A stretch of DNA of 64,000 bases from Ramazzottius varieornatus (GCA_001949185.1 BDGG01000010.1:1249773-1313772); one strand, 5' to 3'; numbered from the stretch's first letter, positions 12,301 to 29,787 are shown. Notes: generated by a model from the sequence alone, not told the origin. Program-made: numbers and translations.

Positions 12301-14048
12301 TTGGGAAACAATCTAGTCGGGTTCTTTTGCCGACTTCGCAGATGCCGTACCTTGTTCGTCGGAGTAGGTGGCGATGATGACGTTGATGGATTCGGAAATT
12401 CGGGCGAAGGTCTGGTACAGATCCTCCTGTTGGAGCTGAAGCTCGAGGAGAGCACGGTCCATCTTGTTCATGAACAGGATGGGCTTGATTCGTTCGGCGA
12501 TGGCCTGTCGAAGGACAGTCTCGGTCTGTACGCACACACCTGCAAAGAACGCCCTGGTTACCAATCCTTTTCACCACCTTTTCAAAGGACTTGTTTAGAG
12601 AACCATACACCAGCCATGTCAGGCAGCAAAATCCATAGATTAAAAGCACAAATGAAAACTAGACAGGATCTAGAAAGCACTTCATAGGCACGGGGAATCA
12701 TCACACAGCCGGATAATCGGAGAGATGCAAAAAATAATACAGTAATTTTTGTCTTACCGCTGACGGCATCGACGACGACGAGGGCTCCGTCAGTAACGCG
12801 AAGAGCAGCAGTGACTTCGCTGGAAAAGTCGACGTGGCCGGGAGAATCGATGAGGTTGATGAGGAAACCACGGGTCTTTTCCTTGTTAATCTGCTCGGCA
12901 CCTTTTACCAGCTGGACATCGGACTCGCTCAGCTCAAAGTACATGGTGATGGCCCTAAATTACAGCCGTAACACTCAACCACACCATTCAGCAGAAATCA
13001 TTTGTCGGAACATCGTTAGGAATTCTGTCTATCTTACGTGGACTTGATGGTAATGCAACGCTCCTGCTCGTCCTTGCGGGTGTCAGTGAATCGCATTTCA
13101 CCGGCTTTCGACTGAGCAATGATACCGGCTTTCGATACCTAAGAAGAAACACTTCGTAACTCAGAATGAGAAACGTCGGATATCAAACCCAGCCAACAAA
13201 ATGACAACTAACCAGAGAGTCGGTAAGAGTGGACTTTCCGTGATCGACGTGAGCAATGACAGACATGTTCCGAATGTTGGTCTTCTTGTCCATCATCCCG
13301 CGGACTTCGTCGATAGTAAAGTTCACCTGGAAAAACAAGCGTGTTTGCATTCATTACCATTCGTAATCCTTCAAACGAAAACGCGGATTTTCCCGGCCGA
13401 CTTGCCATTCTGACAACGTGACTGACAACGTTCTTCAGTTTTCCAAACACTCAGCTGAAGTCTGACGCTGGAGAAATCGTGAGACGCGATTCCTTCGACA
13501 GCCAAGAGAAAGACCGACATGCCACGTGTGTCAAACGTCGTTTTGCAAACGCAGGGCGATTGCGACAAAACGGCAATCAAACGTTCAACAGCCCCTCACT
13601 TCTATAACCTCTAACTCCTTTCATTCGGCCCGATCTGCTGTTCTAATATCTGTTGGCGACACCAACCATCCATCCCGTATACGAGTCCGATTCCCATCAG
13701 AAAAGTCCTTTTGAAGGACGTAAGAGGCGATTCTTCAGCTGATTGGCTCAGCTATACCCTACGACCTGCCATGAGTTCACTGATGAGGTGGTTCCGCTGT
13801 CAAACGGAAGATCTGGCTAGCCGTGAAGTGCCCACAGTATACACTCCGACACAGCTCGTCAATCCTCAAAATTACTTTCTTCCATTTGTCGGTCGAAGAA
13901 GAGTAGACCTGAAGATGGTAAAAGGAAGGCTTTTCTCCTTTCAGCCGTGAGGCAGCTTCGAAACGTTCAGAACGACGGAATGGCAAGTCGGACCGGCTAC
14001 AAAACACCCTCTAACAGGACATGCGATATAAATTAGCGAACTTACCAT
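9359..14048 (-). CDS. eef2: Eukaryotic elongation factor 2, multi-exon (exon 1 contributes only ATG)
   Basis: [54 protein letters not shown], diphthamide motif [15 protein letters not shown]-terminus YLDKL*; ATG|GTAAGT at 14048-14046. Confidence 0.99.
12240..12319. mobile_element. Palindromic mini-element copy in eEF2 intron
   Basis: CGACAAGAT..AAATGGCGCATGCTTTCAG / CTGAAAACGTGCACCACTTG..ATCTAGTCG. Confidence 0.75.
12610..12712 (-). ncRNA. Candidate intronic box C/D snoRNA in eEF2
   Basis: Sense strand reads ccggctgtg-TGATGA...CTGA-catggctgg. Box C 12704-12698, box D 12622-12619, terminal stem with G-U pairs; box D is about 78 nt from the 3' splice site. Confidence 0.7.
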
Positions 14049-16287
14049 GTTTGCGGTTGTGGTTCGACACTCAAGGATGCGAAATGTTTCGAAGATGGAT
14101 TAGAGATCCAAAGCTCAGATAGCCAGTGATCGAGGGATGTTGGAGCTGGAGCGATAGCAGAATCCACGCGGCACTTTGCTGTAAATGAAGACCCCACCGT
14201 TCAAAACTTTTACGCAAGAGTTAAGTCTCAAGACCGGCATTCCATTCCGTTTCCACTCCGTTAGATGACATCATTCGTACTGCCACGCCCTCCACGAGGT
14301 GCTATTAGCCCAGCTCGGGCCACTTTTCGATCCATTTCAAACCGCCCAGCTCCCGAAAGATGGCGACAAGATCTTCAGTGTGCATCGACAGCCGTTCTGA
14401 TTTACACTTTGATAAATTTGCATTTTGCTCTAATCACCGCCAGCGGCACCCCATAATCAGCAATAAACTAAATAAATACAAGAGAAACGTAAGTTGTGTT
14501 TCTAAAGCATTTGTAAAACTGACGAACTGGATTCGCGCACGATGGGTTAGAGTCGTGAGGCCGAAGTGAATTTGAATGGAGATCCTTATTTGCTAGTTCC
14601 CGAGATGTCAATTCAGCTGTATCGATTCCGGGCCAATCTTAGCGTTTTGCCCTACGTCCAGAGAAGATTCTTCGCGAGTTCTCGGTGGTCGTGGTTGTAA
14701 AACTGTTTATGAACTTTTCACCCCCACCTCGCAAATATTTTCATAACGGCAACATCAGCCCCACCTATGCGTATACGTACGGTGATTCATACGAGGGGTA
14801 TGCGTGCCAGACCACGCTGTGAAGTGTGATACCACGAAGAGGAAAGAGAGCTGAGAGCTCCGTCTGCGTTTGAAAATTGAGAACTTGAGATGCGAGCGGA
14901 CAGACAAGACTTGCCACACTCGTTCCTTGCATACAGTTGCTCTGTTTGTTCTCTTGGGTTATTAGAATTTATGAATTCATGTCGTGCATGAAGAAAGCCA
15001 GAATTCTGAAGGGCATTCCTGGCCATTGAGATCTTGTCGTAGCCATTGTGCACTTGGATTACTGGTGGATGTAAGCCTTGAAGTGTGCTGTTGAGTTTGC
15101 ACAATTCCATATCATCGTACTTCGATGCTGTATACCCTGGGAATCTTATCAATTTTCCAGAGACAAAAGGTGAGCGCAGAGTCCATCTGACATGCTGCAG
15201 GTATGATGTGGCACATGTGCTGGTGTTTAGGCATTCCACAATCGAGAAGAGGGACCTTGAGCGATTGTTGGCCCGAGGAATATCCGTTACTGGGAAGGTA
15301 ATCCAATATCCACTGTTAGTTCAAGTTCTCTCCTCCTGCCGATATGGAATCGATGAAACCAACAGTAAGGACATTGACTACAAGTGTACAACGCTATAAG
15401 AATAAGTTTGGCAGAGCTGCATGTGTGAAGTTGGAAGCTGAAGTTAACTACATCCGAAACCAGCAAATTCTTTACTATTCTTCCTGTAGCCGACTTGTTG
15501 CATTCGCTTCCCCTCTGGAGATGTGCTTTAGCTTCCTGAGGCAGATTAAGCATCATCGGATAGATCGGTGTTGAGAAATATTCTTCCAGTCAAGGAGTCA
15601 TCTTCGAGTATGCTTTACTGCATCGGCTGCGGTCGATGAGTATTTCAAAAGTGATGATGGATGGTTTTTTATGGCTGATAGTCGCATCATTTCTCTGATT
15701 GTTATTGTGGTCATGTTACGATGCCGCGTAGGCATTGGTGGAAGCCTGAGAGAGGAAATTTTGTGTGGTTGCCTCTTCACTCTGATAATAATAATCATTG
15801 CTCTTTCTTTTACAGATATTGAATTCACCACCATCACCATCGTCCAAGCGAGGGTTCATGCCATCACCTTAGGCAAAAGTGGGTACATACTGTATCGATA
15901 ACTCGTGATGCATGTGGCAGCACGTTTCTCTCTAAAAGACATCTTCTGGTGGAGCTCTTGTCGAAACGAATTTGTAATCACTTGTGTGTGGAATAGAGCG
16001 CGTAATATACCATTTATCGTCAAGTACGACCAACTGTCAGTATGCCTTACTGATGAAGCTTCAGTGCTTCACCCAACAGATCTTTCTGTTGGAGCTCTGT
16101 TTGTGCTCTCAGTCACGGCCAGGGTCAACTGCCTGATGCTAGACTGCCAGACAGTGCTCTTCGCTTTTATAGCCTCCAGCTAGACATCTTGATAATCCTG
16201 ATGGGTATTTGTCACTTCCAGGCTCCATCGACGGTGACAGCCTCCCCTGGATCTGGGCCCGCCACTTCCACTTAAATCAAGTTCATC

Positions 16288-21221
<4,934 letters not shown>

Positions 21222-21593
21222 TATTTGCTTTGAGTTGGCTTGTTCATGTTGAGCAGCTTTTTCCACGACGCCGGTTTGTGTAAGAGCCTTTTCCTTTGTC
21301 TTTTGCTTCGTAATTGTTATAATTTTTACACTGATCAAAGTGACTTGCAGTCGAGCGCTCAAATGACGTTTCTACATACAGTTGTCTTCCTGATTTTGAA
21401 TTTGTGCCTTTAATGCGTTCAGTAAGCTCGAGCCTTGTTTATCTTCGAAGCCTGTTACTGAAACGTCTTTTTACATTGTCCAGTTATTTATCTGAGTCGT
21501 CTGATTTGAAACTCGGCTGGCTGAATGGAATATTCAAACTAACAGATAGCGGTAAGTTTCGTCTGACTGTACAGGCGGTTCCTTTGAGTATCC

Positions 21594-22307
21594 TCATGAA
21601 CTTCCGGTTGCGTCGGGTGAGCTTTCCGTATCACTTGTTTCTTTGTAGGTGTTCAAGCTAGAGGATGATGCTTCGCTGACTTCCAGAACGGTCTCCAACC
21701 TATTCACTGCTTCCCAATAGGGTGGAGGAAGGTCCAGTGCGCCGTATGCAGCTGGTGGTTCTTCAGTCGAAGGCCCGGTTGGTCCGCGGGATATCACGCT
21801 GATAGTCTGAAGTCTGTCTGGGGACTCTATCGAGTACGAAGGCGGAGTGTTTGCAGGATGTCTGTCGTAGGGGTTCTCCTGTAAATTCTCACGTAATCTC
21901 CGGTTGGTAACCATTGAGGGTCGCGAATGGTTGTTGATTTCTCTTGAGGGGAATAGTGGTCGACTAGCTTTTGTTACGGATCGGAGAGCCAGGGTCCCGA
22001 CGTTCAAGTAGATGAGGCCCATGAGCATGGCTGTCACTCCTCCACTAGTACCCATAAAGAGCGTCCCGTGTCCTAATGTGACCACTGCTAGTATAATCGT
22101 TGTGCAGATCAAGGCGGAGTAGACTCGAAGTAAGGGATCTTCCTCAACGATGTACGAGGAGTTGTTACTCAAATTGGTGAGGTATCTTTGGTACACTATG
22201 ATGAGGAAGACGAAACCGAAGAAATGCACGAGAATCACCCAGCCGCAAAGGATCAGAGTCGTTGGCATGTAATCGACTATAAGAACACAGAGCTGTTTAC
22301 TGGACAC
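21594..22307 (-). CDS. Multi-pass membrane protein with PPxY-containing cytoplasmic tail; a 5' exon probably lies at ~22380-22480
   Basis: 237-aa ORF with three hydrophobic segments followed by PPSY and PPPY motifs; a further hydrophobic segment lies in ORF 22357-22551. The splice junction is not resolved. Confidence 0.6.
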   Translation of the reverse strand: MSSKQLCVLIVDYMPTTLILCGWVILVHFFGFVFLIIVYQRYLTNLSNNSSYIVEEDPLLRVYSALICTTIILAVVTLGHGTLFMGTSGGVTAMLMGLIYLNVGTLALRSVTKASRPLFPSREINNHSRPSMVTNRRLRENLQENPYDRHPANTPPSYSIESPDRLQTISVISRGPTGPSTEEPPAAYGALDLPPPYWEAVNRLETVLEVSEASSSSLNTYKETSDTESSPDATGSS

Positions 22308-23013
22308 ATGCGGGTGTACCAGACTCCGAAACTGAGATCAAATCCAGGTAGAAATTCTACTTACTGGTAAAAATTAGAGACGGTGCGACCCCGATTAGTC
22401 CGAGCGTGATATTTAGGACAGAAACTACCGACAACACTGTCAGGGAACTGGTCGCAAGTGCAGACCTCTCTCGCTCCATTCCGGCAAGGAGTATCTTCGA
22501 TTTACTTGGCGTGGAAGGTATGTATGGCGAACTATGCACTACCTTCGGCAATCCCAGTTATGCGGACGGCAATGACCAGTGGCTACCCGAATAACGAAGG
22601 AACCCATGGATCAAAGTACAGGTAAAACTGGATCTATGCCGGTCATGCGCGGAACATGCCGAAGATTTTCGGGAACAAATATCGATGAAGGGGGACAGTT
22701 TAGCTACCTTTTCGAAGTCAAACTAACGAGCCAGGTATCCATACCGAACTTGGCAAATAATTTTGGAAAAGCTGACCTTGATTATTCGGTTGGCTACGAC
22801 ACGACGAAGTTTATCGGTAAGTATTGTGCATACACGATATCGGGGCATTGTAGCCTAAGCTTATCTGTATCTGTTGGAGCCGGAAATGATACGTTGTATG
22901 TTTAACAGGAACCCACAAAGCCAAGCCCGAAAGACGACTGTCAATCATTTCCGGTTGTGGAGCACCGTATAGAGCATCCATGCATGTTTGATGAATAAAA
23001 TCAGACAGCTTTT

Positions 23014-23132
23014 GTCTGCGACCATACCACGTAGAATGCTCCCGATCCCGTTCGATCTCGGAAGATAAGCTACGTCGGGCCCGGTTAGTACTTAGATGGG
23101 TGACCGCTTGGGAACACCGGGTGTTGCAGGCT
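23014..23132 (+). rRNA. 5S rRNA: 5S rRNA, single copy
   Basis: GTCTGCGACCATACCACG...GATCTCGGAAGATAAGC...GTTAGTACTTAGATGGGTGACCGCTTGGGAACACCGGGTGTTGCAGGCT; 119 nt, ends pair, followed by a TTTCTTTT Pol III terminator. Confidence 0.97.
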
Positions 23133-23541
23133 TTCTTTTACTAATCATTTTTCCTGCGGGCCGGAAAGCGGTTCTACCTGTTGAAAAGGTGTTTCTCCTT
23201 CCTACCTCAGCATATTAAAGTCTTCGCTATCTGCGCAGCTATGGACAAGTGCCAAGTTTTCCCGCCTTCAAACAAAACAACCGGATAGCAATGAAAATTT
23301 TAGTCCAACCAAGCTTTAGAATACCAGAACGGGGTCTTGAACCGAGCTGACGAACTCGTAGAAACTGAAAGCGAAACTACAGAATACAGCGGATGCCGAA
23401 AAACTTCGAACGGCTTAAGATACTACAGAGATTGCTATTGCTGAGAAAGATTGGGATTACAGTTGAGAGGAATGGATTGTGGATGGAAACATCGTAAATA
23501 CTGCAAATGACTATCTTTGGTTATACCCACGGTCTCGTCTC

Positions 23542-25087
23542 TTAACGAGTTTTCTTCTCGACCTTCTTTTCGGTCTTGACGGAAGTCTTTGCTCCGTTGG
23601 CTTTAACACTGGCATCCACGGTCGCACTGCTAGGACGGTTTCCAGGTCGAATTTTGGCCAGCTGAGCGTGCAAGATCTGCAGGCCCTTGGTTTTGACGTC
23701 CTTGGCTTTATCCAGAACGTGATGTATCCCGAGGTCGATGTGTTCCTTGTACATCTCGTAAAACTTGGGACCGGAGAAGGCCACCACCCAGACGATGGTC
23801 AGCAGCGTTAGCAGGTTGAACCAGGAACCTGCAAACAAGGAATTAAGTGGATTAGAAATTGAATAACGGTAAAGAGTGAAAAGTGGGGATGAAAGTACCG
23901 AGATACGTCAACATCCACATGACCACAGTCAGCTTTAGCGTTTGTCCCAGACTGTCTGCCAAGTATAGGTTACGAACACGGAGGAGAGTACTGTTCAAAG
24001 GTTTCAGGATGTTGTCCAGTTGCTGATGAGCGTAGTCCGGACTAACCACGACTTCCTTGCCAAGCAGCATCTTGAAAGGATGCTCTGAGGTTTGTTGCTG
24101 AAGAGCCATAGACACGTGTTTGATCACCACGAAGCCCGCCACCAGAAGAAGACCAGTCATGGACAGATAGGCAAAGATGGAGATAATGGAGAAGAACGAC
24201 AGAGACAAGAGAAGACTCAGACCCACAAAGAAGACAGCACCAGAATCCCGAACGTTACGCCACAAGAGCAGGTCCCAGACGTGCTGACCAAGCGGTCGAG
24301 AACGACGAGGACGAGAGTGCGTCTGACCGTGAGAACGACGCTTCTCCACGTCAAACTCAGCCATCGGCGATTCCTGACCACTTTCTTGACGGCCCAAAAC
24401 CGCGAAAGGACGACGAGAAAGACCTTCTTCTCCGTTGAAGCCACCGTTAGACACCGAGGGAATGTCTTCTGGTCGAGCACCGTCGGCAAATCCATCTGGA
24501 AGAATAACACATTCAAATTACTATTGCATGTTAACTGTCATTCGCCAGTCTAGCGACGTAGAACGTTATCGATAAAGAAATGACTCTTACGGAATGCTCG
24601 TTGGTCAGTATCTAGACTTTCTGCAAAGATAGAGAAGACGATGTTAGATTATTGATTTTCTTTCGTTGGGAATCCCGCATGAGATCACACTTTAGCCTAT
24701 CGATAGTGACACTCAATCAATCCAGCTTAGTGATTTCCGAAACACAGAATCTCAAGACGGCTGTAGAATCTTACCGTCGCTCTTGGTGGTCGCAGTATCG
24801 TGTTGAAAGGCAGATCCTTTCTGGCCGAAGGCGTTACGAGTGCTTTGAAGGTGAAGAGAAGACGTCTGGTCGCTTCCGGAATGCTGGAACGCTTGTTGAG
24901 CGTTGTTGTGGAAGCCAGCATCGGATTCTGCCTGGCTTTCGATATGACTGTTAGCTGCATCGCCTGATGTGCCACCAACGTCGTGCCGAACCACCGTCTC
25001 TGTAGTGAAGTCTTGTCCGTTGCTGGTGGTCATTACGTCGGTAGGACCTTGTCCCGAAGCTGATGACATGTCGAAAGCCTGAGCCAT
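23542..25087 (-). CDS. rtn: Reticulon family protein
   Basis: Reticulon domain DLLLWRNVRDSGAVF...HPFK...LKLTVVMWMLTYLGSWFNLLTL...PKFYEMYKEHID; KKTR* ER-retrieval end; exons 25087-24775, 24620-24591, 24496-23899, 23829-23542. Confidence 0.93.
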
Positions 25088-26535
25088 TTCTGTCAACCTG
25101 GAACAAAAAGCAATGAATCTGGCTGTCGCATGAAGTTTCCCGAAGCTCCATTTTGTCATACCTCTGTCAGAGCTGAAAGTCTAGGAGAGATAAGTCGATA
25201 ATCGCGAGGAAATGTATTGCCACAGTCTTCCAAGAACAAAGGGACCAGACTGAGGGGAAGAAAATCTGAAGAACAGAACATGCCAGCTGGTAAAATCCCG
25301 AGACGATGATAGACAGTGGAAGAGAGAACAATAGCTGGGTCGGTCCGGTTGTCTTCCGGCTCGTGGACCGTTGGGCTGAGCTGGATACATTACCTGCCAG
25401 GGGAAACTACACCGGATAAGAGCGCAGGGCTACAGCTAATCAGCTATACGAAGAGGGAGCGCACTGTACCGGCTACCATTGTTGTTTCGATATGACTTCT
25501 TCAGTTTGAATTGCAATTACGATTAATCGGAATCTTTCGCAAAGCAGCAATTTGAATTGCAGGTAACTCGTCCTGACTGGATCATCAATTACAATTAATT
25601 CAAATTCAAGTTTCAATAACAATTGAAATTATTCGAATTATTGGGATGATGTTTTGTAATTTGAGTTTTCATGAAATTGGCATTTCTGTTCGGTACCACG
25701 CGTCGGATGGGTAAGCGTTCAGATTGACCCTCTGGTATTTCGCGGAGAATACTGCGTTCCCAAGGTATCCAGTACGGATGGCTGTCGTCAATACGGACTG
25801 TTATGCTCCATGAAGGAGCCACGGTGCGTCGTATAGGCGTACACTTGAACCCCACTGGAGAGACATAACCCTAGCAAGGCCCACCGGGTGCTGGTCACGT
25901 ATACGGCATACAAGGACGAACTGCACCTTCGCGAAACACTGTACGAGGTACGCATTCTGATTCTGCTGTGTACGTACAACAGCGCACCATTAGTCACTCA
26001 ATCAAGCATTGAAGGTGCTTCACAAGGCGAGAAAGTGATATATCCACGTGCATTTGGCGTGCTTCTTTGGTGTCAGTTGTTACTCGAATTACCAAAATCT
26101 TGGATTTCAATTGTACATTAAAATATCTTCTCGTTGCTGGAATTCTGATTCAATTTCGGTTAATAACGAAATGACCAACCCAGAATTTGCCATTTGAATT
26201 GTTATATCGAAGTTCGAAAACCGTCAAATTAGGCCATTTTTTTTCAAATTAGGACAACACTGCCGGCAACACGGCCTTGATACTATTAGCCGGCGACATG
26301 ACGTCACGTACGGGGCGAACGCTGTACAATAAACGGTCAGCGGTATGAAGTCAGTCATCCTGTTCTCCCCAAAGCATGTCCAAATACTGTCGGTCAAACT
26401 CCTTCTCTGGTGATCAGTAGCACATGACACGCCTGCATGCCTCTGAGAGCGCTTCCGCGCTCTTTGCACTCACGGCTTTGTAACAAATGGACAGATGACT
26501 GGACATAGCCAGTAACCAAATGCCATTTTCAGATT

Positions 26536-27378
26536 ATGAGTTTCCCCTTCAGCATGTTTGGAGGAATGATTAGAGCCTATGCTCCTTACCAGATGTCAGG
26601 ACTGACCACGGGATTTCCTATGGGTTTCCCGCTGCGACCCCCGTTGGGCTTTTCCCTCGGTCCCTCAGCGGGTACGTCTCTGCTGGGAACTCTCGCTCAA
26701 CCGAGATTCACGGCCGATGAGTGGTTGATTCTACAGGGGATGACAGTGACCCAACCAGCTGACCCATCCATCAGCCCTGTCGCTCAGGCCATCCAGCCGT
26801 TCAGCCTTCGCGTCCCTCAAGCCAGCTCCTACCATGCATCAGCGATAACCAACAGCCCCGTCGTTACGAGTCGACCGGATGTGAAGATCAACTTGGGGTC
26901 GTTCGGCGCACCGCGCAAGCCTTTCGATCACCGTCGTCTCGGCAATCAACCGCCTCAACACTGTAACTCAAAAAGAAACCGAGGTCGGGGCTACGGTAGG
27001 CGTGGCGGTGCTTATGGCCACTCTGACGGACGCGGTGGTGGTCGTAGGGGCGGCCATGGCGCTGGAGGGAGCGGTGGACGTGGCAGTGGAGGTGGCAGTG
27101 GAGGTGGCAGTGGACGTGATAGTGGACGTGATAGTGACGGACAACGGGGATACTGCCCCCGGAACTGCGAAGGGTTGCCCCCGAAAAGCCACCAGAACCT
27201 GGACCCGCCGAGCCAGGCGGATCACCCTCCCGTCGGTACAACCAGGTTCGGAGGGCGAGCCCAAGTCGGCGAAGAAGACCCTTTCGACGGACAGCAAAAA
27301 CCCAACCACACACATGGACCAGCTCGAGCATCAAACCGGGAACGACGGAGCCAGTCGAACATGGAAATGGACGAGTGA
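26536..27378 (+). CDS. Orphan low-complexity protein (Pro/aromatic N-terminus, RGG/GS-rich middle)
   Basis: 280-aa uninterrupted ORF with RGRGYGRRGG and GRGGGRRGG; preceded by an acceptor-like TTTTCAG. Confidence 0.5.
   Translation: MSFPFSMFGGMIRAYAPYQMSGLTTGFPMGFPLRPPLGFSLGPSAGTSLLGTLAQPRFTADEWLILQGMTVTQPADPSISPVAQAIQPFSLRVPQASSYHASAITNSPVVTSRPDVKINLGSFGAPRKPFDHRRLGNQPPQHCNSKRNRGRGYGRRGGAYGHSDGRGGGRRGGHGAGGSGGRGSGGGSGGGSGRDSGRDSDGQRGYCPRNCEGLPPKSHQNLDPPSQADHPPVGTTRFGGRAQVGEEDPFDGQQKPNHTHGPARASNRERRSQSNMEMDE
27074..27136 (+). repeat. 12-bp coding tandem repeat (GTGGAGGTGGCA / GTGGACGTGATA)
   Basis: About 5 units encoding GGGS/GRDS. Confidence 0.85.
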
Positions 27379-29128
27379 GAACCTGGACGAAGGCGGAAAG
27401 AAGGCTCCCTCATTCCTTGTTTGGTAGTTAGCTCTCCCTGCTATGGTTGTGCGAATTTTCCACTTCCTTTCTGGTGCCTGATCTCGGATTGTTATCTCTA
27501 TGGGTCAATCTCTGAAGTTAGTCTTGATCGCTTCCACTTGCCAAAGCTGTTAGTACTGTATTTTTCTTATGTTTCGTTATCCTTTGACGATCGAGGAAGC
27601 CGTCGACTAGATTGTCGAGGCCCAATAAATCTATCTATCAGTCTGTCACGGAACGATGCCTGAACCAAGGCAGGCCGTATAGTACACACAGCGCTTTCGA
27701 ATTTATCGTTCTGGTATGTTTGACTAACACTGATTGTCTGATTGAGTTCGACTCGCTCTCAGGCTCGGCCATTTTGGCGTACTTTGTTCGCGCCATGTCT
27801 TATCTTTTAGGTTTCAGGTCAACTCAGTCAATCATTAAAATGATCCTGAAGAACTGGTCTATCTCTGGCTGGACAAACAAGATAAGATTGTCTCTTGCAA
27901 GAAAGGGTTTCTGAACGTGCTTGAGAACGCACGAGGTCAGGCTGGAACATGATCACAAAACGGCCTGCTACACCAGGTTCCATTGCATAAACCGCCAACA
28001 GATTGCATGTGCGTGCCATCGTGCTCGTTGAACGAGTGCATACGCTTTACAATCGAGTTGGCCTGCGCAACAGAAGCTCTGCCCCCGCAGTGACGTGTTG
28101 CTCTTTTTGGCTCGCTGACTGCCTTTTCGTATAGCTATACGCAGGGCCGACCGAAAACGGAGAAAAAGACTGGCCAGATCTATTGTTACGGTTCAAAACT
28201 GGTTACGAGTAGATCTTTGTACTGGCATTAGGAGCAGAGCGCCGAACAGCTGGGAGTCGTAACCGCCCACCACTGTAAACGGCCATTTGGGTTGATTGGT
28301 TCATTGGACTAACAAAGCGTCCAACTTCCAGTTCCGGAATATCTGTTTGCGTTCATTGGTTGCGCCTCTTCGGACAGGCATTAGTTGAAGTTTTATGTGG
28401 AATCTTCCCTGGAAGGACAGACAGGTGGGGTACTGGAAGAGGCTGTTCTGGTGGAGCGCTCGTTGCCGGAAGTCGCGGGATCGAAAGCGCAACGACAGCC
28501 GCGCTCGTGCTGCGTAACATCGTTGAGTTACTCACGAGGTTGTTTGGTTCTTTGCATACGGCTTGCCGAGTAAACATTCTTATTGATTTTCTGCAGACGG
28601 AATACATAACACCGCCGCTTGTGCAAGTTTCCGCAAATAGAATGTGGATCAAGGATACACATGCAACCGACAGTTAGCCATCCATTCAGTCTTTCCGAAA
28701 GTCACGAGTTCAGACTTAACAAGCGCAAATTAACGAGCTTCTGGGTCTTCGACGATTAGAGTGTTTATTACGCTCCGGCCCCCTTATCAACCTCCCCAGC
28801 CAATATACACAGCGGATCCTGTTCCTTCTTGGCATCACTCCGGATGAAGAAGCTCGCAAGTGACAGCTCGCTTGCTGCTTGACAACACTCGAATTGATCT
28901 ACTTACGCGAGCAGCGCTGGATGCTGCACTTCATCAACCGGCGCGATCGTTTCCTTCTTGCACGAGCACGAGAGACACCGCTTTTCCTGCCTACAACTTC
29001 CGAGATCCAACGACAAGCAGTCTCTTGGAAAATTTCCCCGAAAAGTTTATCTCCCAATTGACAATGTTTCCACTGTGATATATTCATCCGTTTTTCTCTT
29101 GCACACACTTTTGCTTTTGGATCAGCGC

Positions 29129-29787
29129 ATGACTTCCAAGTGGAAATCGGTTGCTCTGGCTCAAATGGATAAGAAGACCCAGCAGTATTTCGACCGTATC
29201 CACGAAGTTACGGACTTTTTATATCTGTCCGGCGCTTCCGGCGCTCGACGGGATTTCATTCGACAGCGCGGATTCACTTGTGTTATCAACTGCACCCTTG
29301 AAGGACCTCTGTCAGTACTCGACAATGTGGAGTTCATCAGTATCAAGGTCGATGACTCTCCATATGCTCAGATTGGAAAATTTTTTGATGGTAAGTTGAT
29401 GCATTCCACATAATTCTTTGTGGTTGTTATGGTATCTCTCACATTACAGCTACAGCCGATAAGATAGAGGAACATCGGTTAATGGGAGGGAAGGTCCTCG
29501 TCCATTGCATGGCTGGAGTATCGCGGTCGGCCAGTATTGTCATTGCTTACCTGGTCAAGTATGGCAACATGTCCCTGCGAGAAGCCTACATGCATACGAA
29601 GAAAGCCAGGTCGATAATTCGACCGAATCCTGGGTTCTTCAAGCAGCTAATCGAGTATGAATACCGGCTGACAAAGCGGGAGTCAGTGCGGATGGTCCCT
29701 TCATCCTTCGGGATGCTGCCGGATGTCTATGCGGAAGAAACCAGTAGCATGTCTTGGATAGCGATGAAAACCGGCCTGCGGGTTTAA
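29129..29787 (+). CDS. Atypical dual-specificity phosphatase (DUSP14/18/21-like), 2 exons
   Basis: VTDFLYLSG, KVDDSP, catalytic VLVHCMAGVSRSASIVIAYL, IRPNPGFFKQLIEYE; intron 29391-29449. Confidence 0.93.

Noticed and set aside
9378-13413. Plus-strand ORFs over eEF2, and similar antisense ORFs over other genes
   Set aside because: Antisense shadows of codon-biased exons.
26888-27427. Alternative-frame ORFs with HCHL, TATS or VAVE repeats
   Set aside because: By-products of the 12-bp repeat in the 280-aa ORF.
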